From NCBI GenBank assembly GCA_964016885.1, contig OZ024742.1, forward strand, positions 352,284,001 through 352,348,000: a DNA stretch of 64,000 nucleotides, in the 5' to 3' direction. Position numbers and translations under genes: made by a program. Origin of the DNA: Eledone cirrhosa (Eukaryota). Positions 40,801 through 52,235 of the stretch are shown in pieces (within the stretch, counting starts at the first letter, position 1; each line of letters opens with the position of its first letter). The notes beneath the pieces were generated by a model. It was not told the DNA's origin. It worked only from the letters and a program-made list of their open reading frames with translations, and made no database searches.

Positions 40801-43692
40801 CACAAACTTCTGATCTGAATAGGCGACCCTTTCAAAACGTGGACAGCTTACACTATTTCTGTCTATTTTCCTAATGAATATCATGTCTATATACGATCTA
40901 GATGACCATATGCGGTTAGCCCAGGTTCACACTGGCGCATTAGGGAAATCTAGTCGGTACCTGTCAGACAGTTGGAACTGGCTGATCAGGTTCTTGAGGC
41001 TTTTGCACCCCCCGCTCCTATCGGATACTCCCACACAGTCCCAGCGTGCGTCTAAGATGCCGTTCCAGTCCCCCGCTAACAGTAAAGGGCGAGACGTATC
41101 CATGAAGGCTTCCAGGCGTCTAAAGAAGTCCGGCCGTCCTGACGCAGTAGGAGCATAGACGGCCACCAGTCTAAAGGCACCACCTTCATTATTGTTCACG
41201 TCCAGGACCACCAACTTCCCGTCCGGGTCCCGGAAGATCGACCGTACCTCGAGATCCAGGCCTTTCCTAAACAGCACTGCCACCCCGCCTCTCATTCCCG
41301 GCTGGCTAACAGATGCAAAGATCTGATAGTCGTCGAAAATGGGGGCTAGTGCGCGCGTGTCGGAAATCCTGGTATCGCCGACTGCAATTACATCCATTTC
41401 TATAGACCTGAGATCGTTGAGCAGGTGACCCTGCTTCCAGGACGATCCCAGGCCTCCAACATTTAAGCATTCTACTCTTAATACGTCCATCTTGGCAGGT
41501 TAAACAGAGAGAGAGGAAGGTTTACTTACCATCCGGACTCTTGTGAAGGCCGGGTTGTTCGACTTCCATAGATAGTGGGGTTTCTTTTGGGAACCCCTTT
41601 AAAAGTATTGAAGTGTGTTTTACGTTCAGGGTTCCCACGTCCCTAGGAAAGTTGTCTCGTATTTCTTTGAATATGTCGAACGACATTCGCACCAGAACCA
41701 AATCTTCCGGCACGCGAAATGTGCTCGATTTAACCATTTCCCCCTCTTTTTGTATATTTTCACTTCGTGCTACGAGGGCCATTAGTTCCTTGTTGGCCCT
41801 CCTGACGAGCACGAACTTTTCCATGTTTTGTTGGTGTGATTTTATTTGTTTGCGTGACTGTGGTGGTGATGGTTTTGGTGGCGTTGTTTCAGTTGTATCT
41901 GTGTTTGTTGTGAGTGCGGTGTCAGTGGTTTCAGATGTTTGTGTGTATATTTGTTCTTGCGTCTGTTTCGGTTGTTTGCGTTTGGGGCATTCCGGTGATG
42001 GTGATGGTGGTGTTGATGTTGGTGTTATTGGAGAGATGTTTGCGTGGGTGGTGTCTGCGTCTTTTATTGTGGGTGCTTTTGTGCTTTGAGTTTTTTTTTT
42101 ATTTTTGTGTTTCCTTTTTTGTATTTTGGGTGATTTTGGATTTCCCTCATCTTCACTACAGGTAGATGAGGGGTCTGTGTCTGTAAGTGTGTCTGTATGT
42201 ATGTTTAAGGTTTTATTGGTGTGTGTATTTGGGGGGGGGGATTTGACAGCTTTCCTGGTTTCCCCCCTGGGTGGTCAATGTTTGTGGTGGTCTTTCTATT
42301 GGTGTTGTTGGTGGTTTTGCCGGTGCAGGTGTTGGTTATGGTCCTCGCCCCGGCGACGGCAGCAGTGGAGCCTTTCGACCGTTGCCTCTTTCAGCAGTTG
42401 AGGTCAGAAGGCTACCAAATGGGTTTTTTCCCCACAAACAAAACACTGTGGCCTTTTGCCTTCGGTCATAATGTGAATGACAGTCCCATTCTGAAGTCGG
42501 ATGTGGTCTGGGATTGTCTTCACATTCTCGGGCCTGATCTGGAGAAGGATCTCTACGTCAACCCCGGACCTGTCCTCTCTGGCCATTCTGGTCACTTCTA
42601 TAGGGAATGTATCCGTCCCCACCACAATCACACATCCCAGAAGCCACCATATGTCAAGTCCTAGTGGGATTCTGGGAATGCGGAGACGGTGCGTTCTTTT
42701 ACCCATGTGGGAGGGATACATTATGACCTTGCTGGTTTTGCAAGGAGTCATGGCGTGTTTCATCGCGAGGGCTTCAGACTTGAACAACACTGAAATGGTG
42801 CCGTACTGTCTTCCCCCTCTCTATGTACTGGGCGTCTTCTCTGATGCACCTCAGCGCGACTTCGACATCTTCTTTTTGGATTAACGTTGCCCTTTTGGTT
42901 TGTGCTGAGATGCATCTATAATGCACCGTTTTGCACTCCACTGCCTCAATAGCTTCTACCGGGACAGTTAAGTTGGCCAAAGTTTGCTCTTGCTTGATGA
43001 GCGTCTATGCTTGGGCCAACTTTTCATCTTTGTTTGAGAGGTCCATGTTGAAGCATGGCCTCTTTTTTGCTGCTGCCGCAGCGAAAGTGGTCTTGTTTTC
43101 GTTGGGGGTCGTGTTGACGTTGTTCTTGTTGGTGTTGTTGTTAGCACTGTCGCTGTTATCATTGTTGTCTTTGCTGCCACCGTTGTTCTCGGTGCAGTTG
43201 GCATTGTTGCTGTTGGTGTTGTCGCTATTTGTTTTCATGTTAGTGGTGTTGATATTGTTGTTGTATTTGTTATTTTTTTTTTTTTTTAATCTGTATTTTC
43301 TTTGTCGCTGTTACTGTCATTTTTATCCAAATTAGAGTTCTTATTGGTATCATTGGTGTATTTGTTTACCTTGTGTGTGGTGGTGTTTGCGTTATTAATG
43401 TGTGTTAATTTCGCTGTAGCGCTCCTCTTAACTTCTACGTCGTTGTCGCACGAGAGCCGACATATCGCTGCGGGGCGTGGCTCAGCCATGTTTTTCTTTC
43501 TTCGTAAATTTTTTAAGCTGTAAAAAAAAGTTCAATTATTTGGGCCAAAAGGCCTAAATATACTTTCCCCTTCACGGGGCAAAGTCTAAGGGCTTATATC
43601 CCTTACACAACAATAAATATTTAACAACAAATAATTTAAACAAGCAAATAAAGCGACTTACTGTGAGCGAGCAAAATACGTCCGCTTAGACC
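37801..43692 (-). mobile_element. Near full-length Tx1/L1-clade LINE (copy 2), frameshifted
   Basis: ORF1 has a CFVCGEKTH knuckle (42404-43489). APE at 41490-40650 (LNVGGL, GDWN, SDQ). RT at 40389-39316 (SPGLDG, FRPITLLN, DQSKAFD, YADD). C-terminal CARC...ETVLHALVQC. Confidence 0.95.
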
Positions 43693-44335
43693 AATAATAA
43701 TAATAATAATAATAATAGTAACAACATCAACAAGAACAACTGACTAGGTATGAGACGTTAATGACACAAAATCCATATGATGAACAAGGAATGCACACGG
43801 TCACGCAACTCTATAAAAGTGCATTGTTTCTGTATTAAATATATCCATTCTTTTGACGGGCAAATTACGCACGAGAACAATGTTCGCTAATATAATTTGT
43901 GTAAATGACATAAAAAATAATGCCTGTTACATCATTCCAAATAATGCATTAGAAGTAACCTGAAATATTAGATTTAATATCTGTATATTTCGTTATCAAT
44001 TTGTAAATTCATTATAACTTTATTATATTCAACATATATTTCATAATACTTAAGTAATTGCACCCGTGACTTCTGTACACTCAATTCCTCAGATCTTAAT
44101 GTTTTACGGAGTTAATGTTACATGATCGAAATAAACCTACACTAAATATATTTCTGTATATCTTTTTTTTTTTCTTTTTTTAGCTTTAAAGCAGCTAACT
44201 CATTAGAATTTATTTAATATATATGCAGAAACAGACAGGCACAGACATACACCCACATACACACCACAATGCTTTGGTAGAGTATAATTATCGTTATTAT
44301 ATACATATATATATATGTATATATCTATATATACA

Positions 44336-44539
44336 TATAACGAAGGAAATGTGGTAAGGAACCAGATGTACCATAACGCACCAAAGTACTCAATACTTAG
44401 GGTAGTACGTAGTAGGTATATATAGAAACAAGTATGACCCCGACGGCAGCGCTCAAGCCGTTTCGACGGCTAATTCAGTTCAGAATTAGCCGTCGAAACG
44501 GCTTGAGCACTGCCGTCGGGGTCATACCTGTTCCTATAT

Positions 44540-44540
<1 letters not shown>
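44336..44540. repeat. PLE-family 3' terminus folded back as a 58-bp hairpin containing the HHR 3' half
   Basis: Arms 44419-44476 and 44483-44540. Each contains TAGCCGTC-GAAAC-GGC...GCC-GTC-GGGGT. Confidence 0.8.
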
Positions 44541-44584
<44 letters not shown>

Positions 44585-44591
44585 CATAGAA

Positions 44592-44624
<33 letters not shown>

Positions 44625-44678
44625 GAGAGAGGGAGAGAATGAGATAATTTCTAAAGAACGAGAAATGATTCACTAAAT

Positions 44679-44727
<49 letters not shown>

Positions 44728-45786
44728 ATATTTAGAAACACACACATACATGCGGACACACACATATACATGAATGCATCTTCACCCAACCGTGAGTTAA
44801 TGGTGCCAACCTTACCGATGTTGCTCAATGAATGACTGGGACAGACCAATCCGGTTGAATTAGACTGGACCAGTATCAGAGTTAAAAATACATTATGAAG
44901 AGAGAAGAAACATTTAGATATAATTAGTAATAAAATGTATCATACCTAAACTGTTCCTAGATTCCTCGACTACGTAGTTTCGTGGCATAAACAAAAACAA
45001 TACATCATAAAGATATAGAGTCCTTGCGAGGTCTGCCAACTTATCAAGAGGATACCTCATTTTACTAGCTTCAAGAACGCGTCTACACGACGTGAGAAAG
45101 AATCCCAAAAGGCGGAGGGGGAGATAGTCACGCGATATAACGGTCGAGAAACAGAGCTAAGCCTCTTATAACCCCGAAGAAAATACCACGGAGGCGGAGA
45201 GGTATTTATATCGAAGCCGTAGAAGAGGTGGTGAAGGAGGCGAGAAGGATTGGTCTGTCCCAGTCATTCATTGAGCAACATCGGTAACACGGTTGGGTGT
45301 GGATGCATTCATGTATGTGTGTGTGTCCGCATGTATCTGTGTGTTTCTAAATATACTTTTCATAACTACCTCTGGTCGAGTAATCTTTGAAGTGTGGTGA
45401 CTGATGGAAATCTGCCATTACTCATACTTCTCTCCTCCTTCACCACCTCTTCTACGGCTTCGATATAAATACCCCCTCCGCCTCCGTCGTATTTTCTTCG
45501 GGGTTATAAGAGGCTTAGCTCTGTTTCTCGACCGTTATATCGCGTGACTATCTCCCCCTCCGGCTTTTGGGATTCTTTCTCACGTCGTGTAGACGCGTTC
45601 TTGAAGCTAGTAAAATGAGGTATCCTCTTGATAAGTCGGCAGACCTCGCAAGGACTCTATATCTTTATGATGTATTGTTTTTGTTTATGCCACGAAACTA
45701 CGTAGTCGAGGAATCTAGGAACAGTTTAGGTATGATACATTTTATTACTAATTATATCTAAATGTTTCTTCTCTCTTCATAATGTA
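44728..45786. repeat. Non-coding element with interleaved inverted repeats (A-B-A'-B'); B carries a U3-A8 HHR
   Basis: A at about 44728-44852 pairs with A' at about 45248-45355. B at about 44890-45247 pairs with B' at about 45429-45786. Confidence 0.85.
45623..45712 (+). ncRNA. Type I hammerhead ribozyme, U3-A8 core variant (mirror copy at 44963-45052, minus strand)
   Basis: TCCTC-TTGATAA-GT(C)GGCA...TGCCAC-GAAAC-TACGTA-GTC-GAGGA. Helix I is 5 bp, 10.1/11.1 is G-C, helix III lies in the palindrome ACTACGTAGT, and the triplet is GUC. Confidence 0.8.
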
Positions 45787-45817
45787 TATATATATATATA
45801 TATATAATTCACGAAAT

Positions 45818-45875
<58 letters not shown>

Positions 45876-45939
45876 ATTTAGTGAATCATTTCTCGTTCTG
45901 TAGAAATTACCTCATTCTCTCCCGCTCTCTCTCTCTCTC

Positions 45940-45985
<46 letters not shown>

Positions 45986-46029
45986 ATATGGAGGAGGTTA
46001 TAGTTCACTTGAAGCATAGTGTAATGAGG

Positions 46030-48661
46030 TATAAACGTTTGTATATGTATAATAAAGCCAAAACAATGCAGGTATGGACATAGAATAAAGAATGCAAATG
46101 CAAAATATATTGTTGACAATTAGTCTTTTACCTTAGATTTATTTAAATGTCCTTAATGTTCGAGATAATATCTCTTCTTCAGAGGGAAGTAAAGGTCTCA
46201 AACCAGTGTTCTAAATAGCTTGCCAAGTCATGCTGACAGGAAATGTTATAGAGTATTTGTTCTATCTCTAATGTCAAAGAGTTAAAATTACGTGGATAAA
46301 GAGTAGTCTCCCTTTAAAAGTTTTTTTTATTTTATTTTATTTTTTATACATGCCTGTTTAAGTGTGTGGGAACATGCATGAAGGTGTAAGTATGTGAGTG
46401 TGTGTGTGAGTGTGAGAAGATAAGTCTATTCGTAAATGTGGGGGATAGGTTTTTATCTGGTGTTAGAACTGGTTTTGTGTGTGTGTATGTGTGAGAGAGA
46501 ATAAGTGGAGGTGTAAGCGTGTGTGTGTGCGTGCGTGCGTGCGTGTGTGTGGGGTGTGTGTAAATATGGGGCTAGAAGCTCTATCAGGTTATAAATTGGG
46601 TGTTGAGTTCTAGTCTATTATTGATTGGTGGTTGTGTTTTATCTATAATTAGTGCTTCCTTAATTCTAAGATTGCCGAGGTTTCTTTCCTTAGTTTCTAT
46701 GCTAACTGTTATCGTTTTGTCGGTGTCTTTGCATTTAACTAGGTATTTCTTAAATGAGGAAGCGTTAGTATTGAGGTGTTCTTTTATTCTTATGTGGAGT
46801 GGTCTGGTGGTGCTACCTACGTAGAAGTTGTTGCATTTATCACACTCTAGTCTGTATACGACGTAAACCTGGTGGCATAGGTCTGTGTCGTTGATGGGGC
46901 AGTTGGCTGGTCTGCAGCAGTTGTCATGTCTGGTGGAGTGTCTTTTGGTTAGCTGTCCGCGTAGAGAAGGACCTGAGAGATCCAGTTGGATATCTAGTCC
47001 CTCTCGTCTGATAGCTCTGCGGATGGCTGTTGTTGTTTCTTCACTGAAGTGTGGGAGCTTCAGGAAGCAAATGTTAGTGCCTCGGGTGTGGTGTCCTCTG
47101 TTCTTTCTGGCACGGTTTGTGGTGGATGTCGTGTATCCGTTCAGTTTGAGTACTTCCAGGAAATGTGTGGTGTGTGTGTCTCGGTCTCTAGTGTCGGTGC
47201 ATTTGTTCCGGATACGTGCCAGTTCGTTCCTTATGTATCATAACTTGGCACCGAGTGGTAGGGCCGATCTGAAATGTACGAACAGTTCCCTGCTGGCGGC
47301 TTTTTTATAGAAGCAGGTGTGGATGTTGCCTTCCTCTGTTACCCTGAGTTGGAAGTCCAGTAGGGATAGGGATCCGCGGTCATCGGGGTGTTCCATGCTG
47401 GACTTTATACTAGCGTCCATGCTGGAGAATGTTGTGTATATTTTATCTGCCTCATCACGAGGTGATGTAAAGATGAGTATGTCATCTACATATCCGGAAC
47501 AAACGTACCGACACTAGAGACCGAGACACACACACCACACATTTCCTGGAAGTACTCAAACTGAACGGATACACGACATCCACCACAAACCGTGCCAGAA
47601 AGAACAGAGGACACCACACCCGAGGCACTAACACTTGCTTCCTGAAGCTCCCACACTTCAGAGAAGAAACAACAACAGCCATCCGCAGAGCTATCAGACG
47701 AGAGGGACTAGATATCCAACTGGATCTCTCAGGTCCTTCTCTACGCAGACAGCTAACCAAAATACACTCCACCAGACATGACAACTGCTGCAGACTAGCC
47801 TACTACCCCATCAACGACACAGACCTATGCCACCAGGCTTACGTCGTATACAGACTAGAGTGTGACAAATGCAACAACTTCTACGTAGGTAGCACCACCA
47901 GACCACTCCACATAAGAATAAAAGAATACCTCAATACTAACGCTTCCTCATTTAAGAAATACCTAGTTAAATGCAAAGACACCGACAAAACCATAACGGT
48001 TAGGATAGAAACTAAGGAAAGAAACCTCGGCAATCTTAGAATTAAGGAAGCACTAATTATAGATAAAACACAACCACCAATCAATAATAGACAATAACTC
48101 AACATCAATGTATAACCTGATAGAGCTTCGAGCCCCATATTTACACACCCCACACACACGCACGCACGCACACACGCTTACACCTCCACTTATTCTCTCT
48201 CACACATACACACACAAAACCAGTTCTAACACCAGATAACACCTATCCCACAGATTTACGAATAGACTTATCTTCTCACACTCACACACACACACTCACA
48301 TACGTACACCTTCATGCATTCTCCCACACACTTAAACAGGCATGTATAAAAAAAAGAAAAAAATCAAAAACAAACCCCTTTTAAAGGGAGACTCCTCTTT
48401 ATCCACCTAATTTTAACTATTTGACATTAGAGATAGAACAGATACTCTATACCATTTCCTGTCAGCATGACTTGGCAAGCTATTTAGAACACTGGTTTGA
48501 GACCTTTATTTCCCTCTGAAGAAGAGATATTATCTCGAAAATTAAGGACATTTAAATAAATCTAAGGTAAAAGACTAATTGTCAACAATATCTTTTGCAT
48601 TTGCATTCTTTATTCTATGTCCATACCTGCATTGTTTTGGCTTTATTATACATATACAAAC

Positions 48662-48668
<7 letters not shown>
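46030..48668. mobile_element. Palindromic Penelope-like insertion: two 5'-truncated copies joined head-to-head
   Basis: The left arm (minus, 47493-46030) encodes YVDD...LSLLDF...FYKK...VVYRLECDKCNNFYVGSTTRPLHIRIKEH...KEALII. The right arm (plus, 47491-48668) repeats the last 1.18 kb or so. Degenerate HHRs lie at about 46150-46187(-) and about 48512-48548(+). Confidence 0.9.
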
Positions 48669-48697
<29 letters not shown>

Positions 48698-48773
48698 CGA
48701 AGGAAATGTGGTAAGGAACCATGTGGACCATAACGCACGAAAGTACTCAATACTTGAGGTAGTAGAGTGGGTA

Positions 48774-48886
48774 ATAGGAACCAGTAAGACCCCGACAGCT
48801 GAGCTCAAGCCGTTTCGACGGCTAATTCTGGACTCAGAATTAGCCGTCGAAACGGCTTGAGCTCAGCTGTCGGGGTCTTACTGGTT

Positions 48887-48891
<5 letters not shown>
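48774..48891. repeat. Perfect 57-bp palindrome (4-nt loop) made of the HHR 3' half
   Basis: 48774-48830 and 48835-48891 pair with loop GACT. Same family as 44336-44540 and 19580-19705. Confidence 0.9.
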
Positions 48892-48931
<40 letters not shown>

Positions 48932-48936
<5 letters not shown>

Positions 48937-50288
48937 AACCAGTAAGACCCCGACAGCTGAGCTCAAGCCGTTTCGACGGCTAATTCATTCTGGACTAAAT
49001 GAAAATTTATCCTGGTATTTAAATAGCCGATCTTCTCAAGGGGTAATTCCATATATGGTCAAAGTGATTGTCAAAAATCAGTAGTAATTCTGTGGTTGCA
49101 AATTAGTAGGGGAGATGGTGGCTAAACCTGCCAGTAGGAAAAAGAGGGGAGGGGGTGGAGTAGACCCAATCAAGCGTTGGTAGTGCCAGCTACAGCTGGG
49201 CATGAGGTCAAAGAAGATACAGGGGATGGGGAGGGGGAGGAAGTCGGAACGGTAGGTAGAACAATGGGGGGTAGAAATATATAGGAAAGAAAAAATACTG
49301 AGAGTGAAGAAAAGCAAATAAGTGTAAAGAAAAAAGTAAAGTAAATTAAATTCTACGACCTAGGTCTCAGGCTATTGTTAGGCTAGAATAAAATAAAGAA
49401 AGAAAGAAAGAAGTAAAGAAATAAATAAATAAATAAATAACGAAATAAGTAAAAGAACTAGGTGGGACAAATTAGGCAAGGACCCTGTTAAGAGGTATAA
49501 GTACGTAAATGATACGGTGACGGGTCAACAAAAGGGGCCAAAATACTAAAGAGACTACCACGAAATAAACAATAAAGGTTTCCATCCCGGGCCAGCAACG
49601 ACCTAGTGCAGCAAAGTGAACTTGTACGAGATAATAATTCTGAGTCCCGAGAAAAATATATACTAATGCTAACTCTAAAAGATCTAAAACAAGCTACATG
49701 AAAGTTCGTACGAAGTAAAGGTAGAATACGGAGAAATAATATCAGAATCCACCCCGCCCAGAAGAAAAGCGAATCAAGAAATACTGAAACGAAAAAATAA
49801 GGCATAAGTGCCACTAAGAAATATAGTGGGCACAGAGAATACTGGGAGCGGTCGGAAAAAAGGGGCAAGTATCCGGGGTCTAAGCCAACTGCTATAAAGA
49901 GCGGAGTCCGCCAAATCTATCATAGACTAGGGGAGGGGGTGGTGGGGGTACTAAGGCTACATGGGGCCAAAGGGCAGCCTCGGGTGGGCGAGAAAAGACG
50001 CCGACAAAGGAGAAGAGCTGGGGTAGAAGGACAAAGGAGAGAGGGGGGAAGGAAATAAAGGAAGCGATAAAAGAATACAAAGAAGATCTTACGTCTTCCT
50101 TGGCAAGCAGGGGTTACCCATTGCAAAATCGGCAAGTGGGGTGTTATAGCCCTAGTCTACCCCCCCCCCCCCCGGGTCATTATGGGGTTTGAGGGCGAGG
50201 TAAGTCCTACGCAATCTATGTTTACATGCAGTAACCAGTTCATCTTTCTTGTTTAGGAGTTGGTCCGTCGAAAACAGCATTTGTAAAG
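48932..50288 (-). mobile_element. PLE 3' fragment (endonuclease C-terminus, 3' UTR and HHR)
   Basis: QMLFSTDQLLNKKDELVTACKHR matches the LLNRKSEMFSSCPH terminus of the 10491 ORF. Confidence 0.7.
48947..49044 (-). ncRNA. Type I hammerhead ribozyme, U3-A8 core variant, at the 3' end of a PLE remnant
   Basis: ACCCC-TTGAGAA-GA(T)CGGCTA...TAGCCGTC-GAAA-CGGCT-TGAGCTC-AGCT-GTC-GGGGT. All three helices pair and the triplet is GUC. A degenerate homolog lies at 23286-23381(+). Confidence 0.8.
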
Positions 50289-50299
50289 TATATATATAT

Positions 50300-50338
<39 letters not shown>

Positions 50339-50378
50339 ATGAGATAATTTCTACAGAACGAGAACTGATTCACCAAAT

Positions 50379-50442
<64 letters not shown>

Positions 50443-50882
50443 GTTTGTGTGTGTGTGTGTTCACAACAATCGTAGCTTTTATTTATTATGGAGATTATTT
50501 ATAAAAATAACAAAATAAGATGCTGAGGTTACATATATCGTGTGCCCACTAGGCATATGTCTGCTCTGCACACAAGCAATAGGACGTGTGTTTTTTCCTG
50601 CCAGCGACATATCAAACATATCGAACTCATCTGAGGATGCCGTTCTCATAACAACAACAAATGCATCAAGGACATCTTGATTGCATGGAGAACCGTGGAC
50701 ATAATTGTTTCTACTTTAGGCACAAGGCCAGCAATTACCCAGTGCATCGCTGGTACTTTATTTTATCGACCCCGTAAGGATGAAAGGCAAAGTCAACCGT
50801 GGAAATAATGATAATGTATAAACGATATATGTAACCTCATCATCTTATTTTGTTACATATACATGTGTGTGTGTGTGTGTGT

Positions 50883-50987
<105 letters not shown>

Positions 50988-52194
50988 CATATATATATAT
51001 ATATATATATATATGATAAAGATGTCTATATTCTACAAACATATTAAGTATCCTTTCAAACTGTCATCAACCTCCGACACAAGTCAGAAATCTACAGTGT
51101 GCTACAACCGGTCAAATAAAGGAAAACAGAAAGGGATGGGAACATAAGTTAGCGTTAATATCATGCCACAGAAAAAAGAAAGAAACAAAGAAAGAAGAGA
51201 GAAGAAGGGGGAAATAAGAAGAAGATAAGCCAGGGTTAATGTCAGCTATAAGAAGAAAGACAGAAAGAAAGAGGATCAAGGTCGGTATTACAGTCAGGCC
51301 AGGATTGTCGCGAAGAAATTATTTAATCTAAGGGACCCGTATCTTAACAACTACTACCGGTCAAATATAGGCAAACAAAAAGGGGAAGGAAGATAAGTCT
51401 GCGGGAGGAAGACAGAAAGAAGGGAGAAGAGAAAGAAGAAAAGGAAGAAGTAGAAAAGTCAGGGTTGACGGCTACAAGAAGAAAGATAGAAAGAAAGAGG
51501 AAGAAAGGTCGATATTCATGTCAGACAACAATCAGGCCAGGAGAGGCGCGAACAAATGTTCACACGGTGAAGTATCTTAGCATAGGTAAATAAGTGGGGG
51601 TCAGTGTGTTATATTGTGGGAGCAGAAGAGTGGAACATTACGTTTTTGTTTAGACTTATAGGATGAAGTTAAACATTAATATCTAATATTAAAGAAATTA
51701 GAAAACTTAAAGTTAAACAGTTAAACATTTTTAAGGTTGCGAGGTTTAGGCAAAGAAAGAGTCTTTACATGTGTGTATGTGTATTTAGGCATGTGTGTGT
51801 AACATCTACGAAGATGTAGCGTTTTATATAACGTCAATGAACCAAGTAAGTGGAGACGAAAAAACTGAATTTGAATAACGAAGCTAAAACGCCTTCAGAA
51901 ATTCTGGGGGGTTACATAGAACAGATTCAATGAGTTATCTAATCTAAATTTTTCAAATTAATTTCATTAGATATTCTCATAATACGACGTAGGCTTCAGT
52001 GTTAATGGTTACATATATTTCTATACGCCTATTTTTCACACATCTGAACAGTTGAAAGAGTTTGTAATTAGCCGTAATTCACATATGAATTCCTGTTAAA
52101 TTGCAATCGAATTCCATTCGCTGTTGAACATGATTTAAGATATAAAATATCGCAAACTCATAGTGTTAACGGATTTATTACATTTACAGCAGTG

Positions 52195-52199
52195 GAACC

Positions 52200-52235
<36 letters not shown>

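Noticed and set aside
42404-42406. TGA at the last Cys of the Tx1 ORF1 CCHC knuckle
   Set aside because: The copy has many other frameshifts and stops and I know no precedent for Sec here, so simple decay is sufficient.
48960-48992. SECIS-like ATGA-N11-AAA...TGA on the minus strand
   Set aside because: The helix is too short for a SECIS and the sequence is fully explained as HHR helix II/III.
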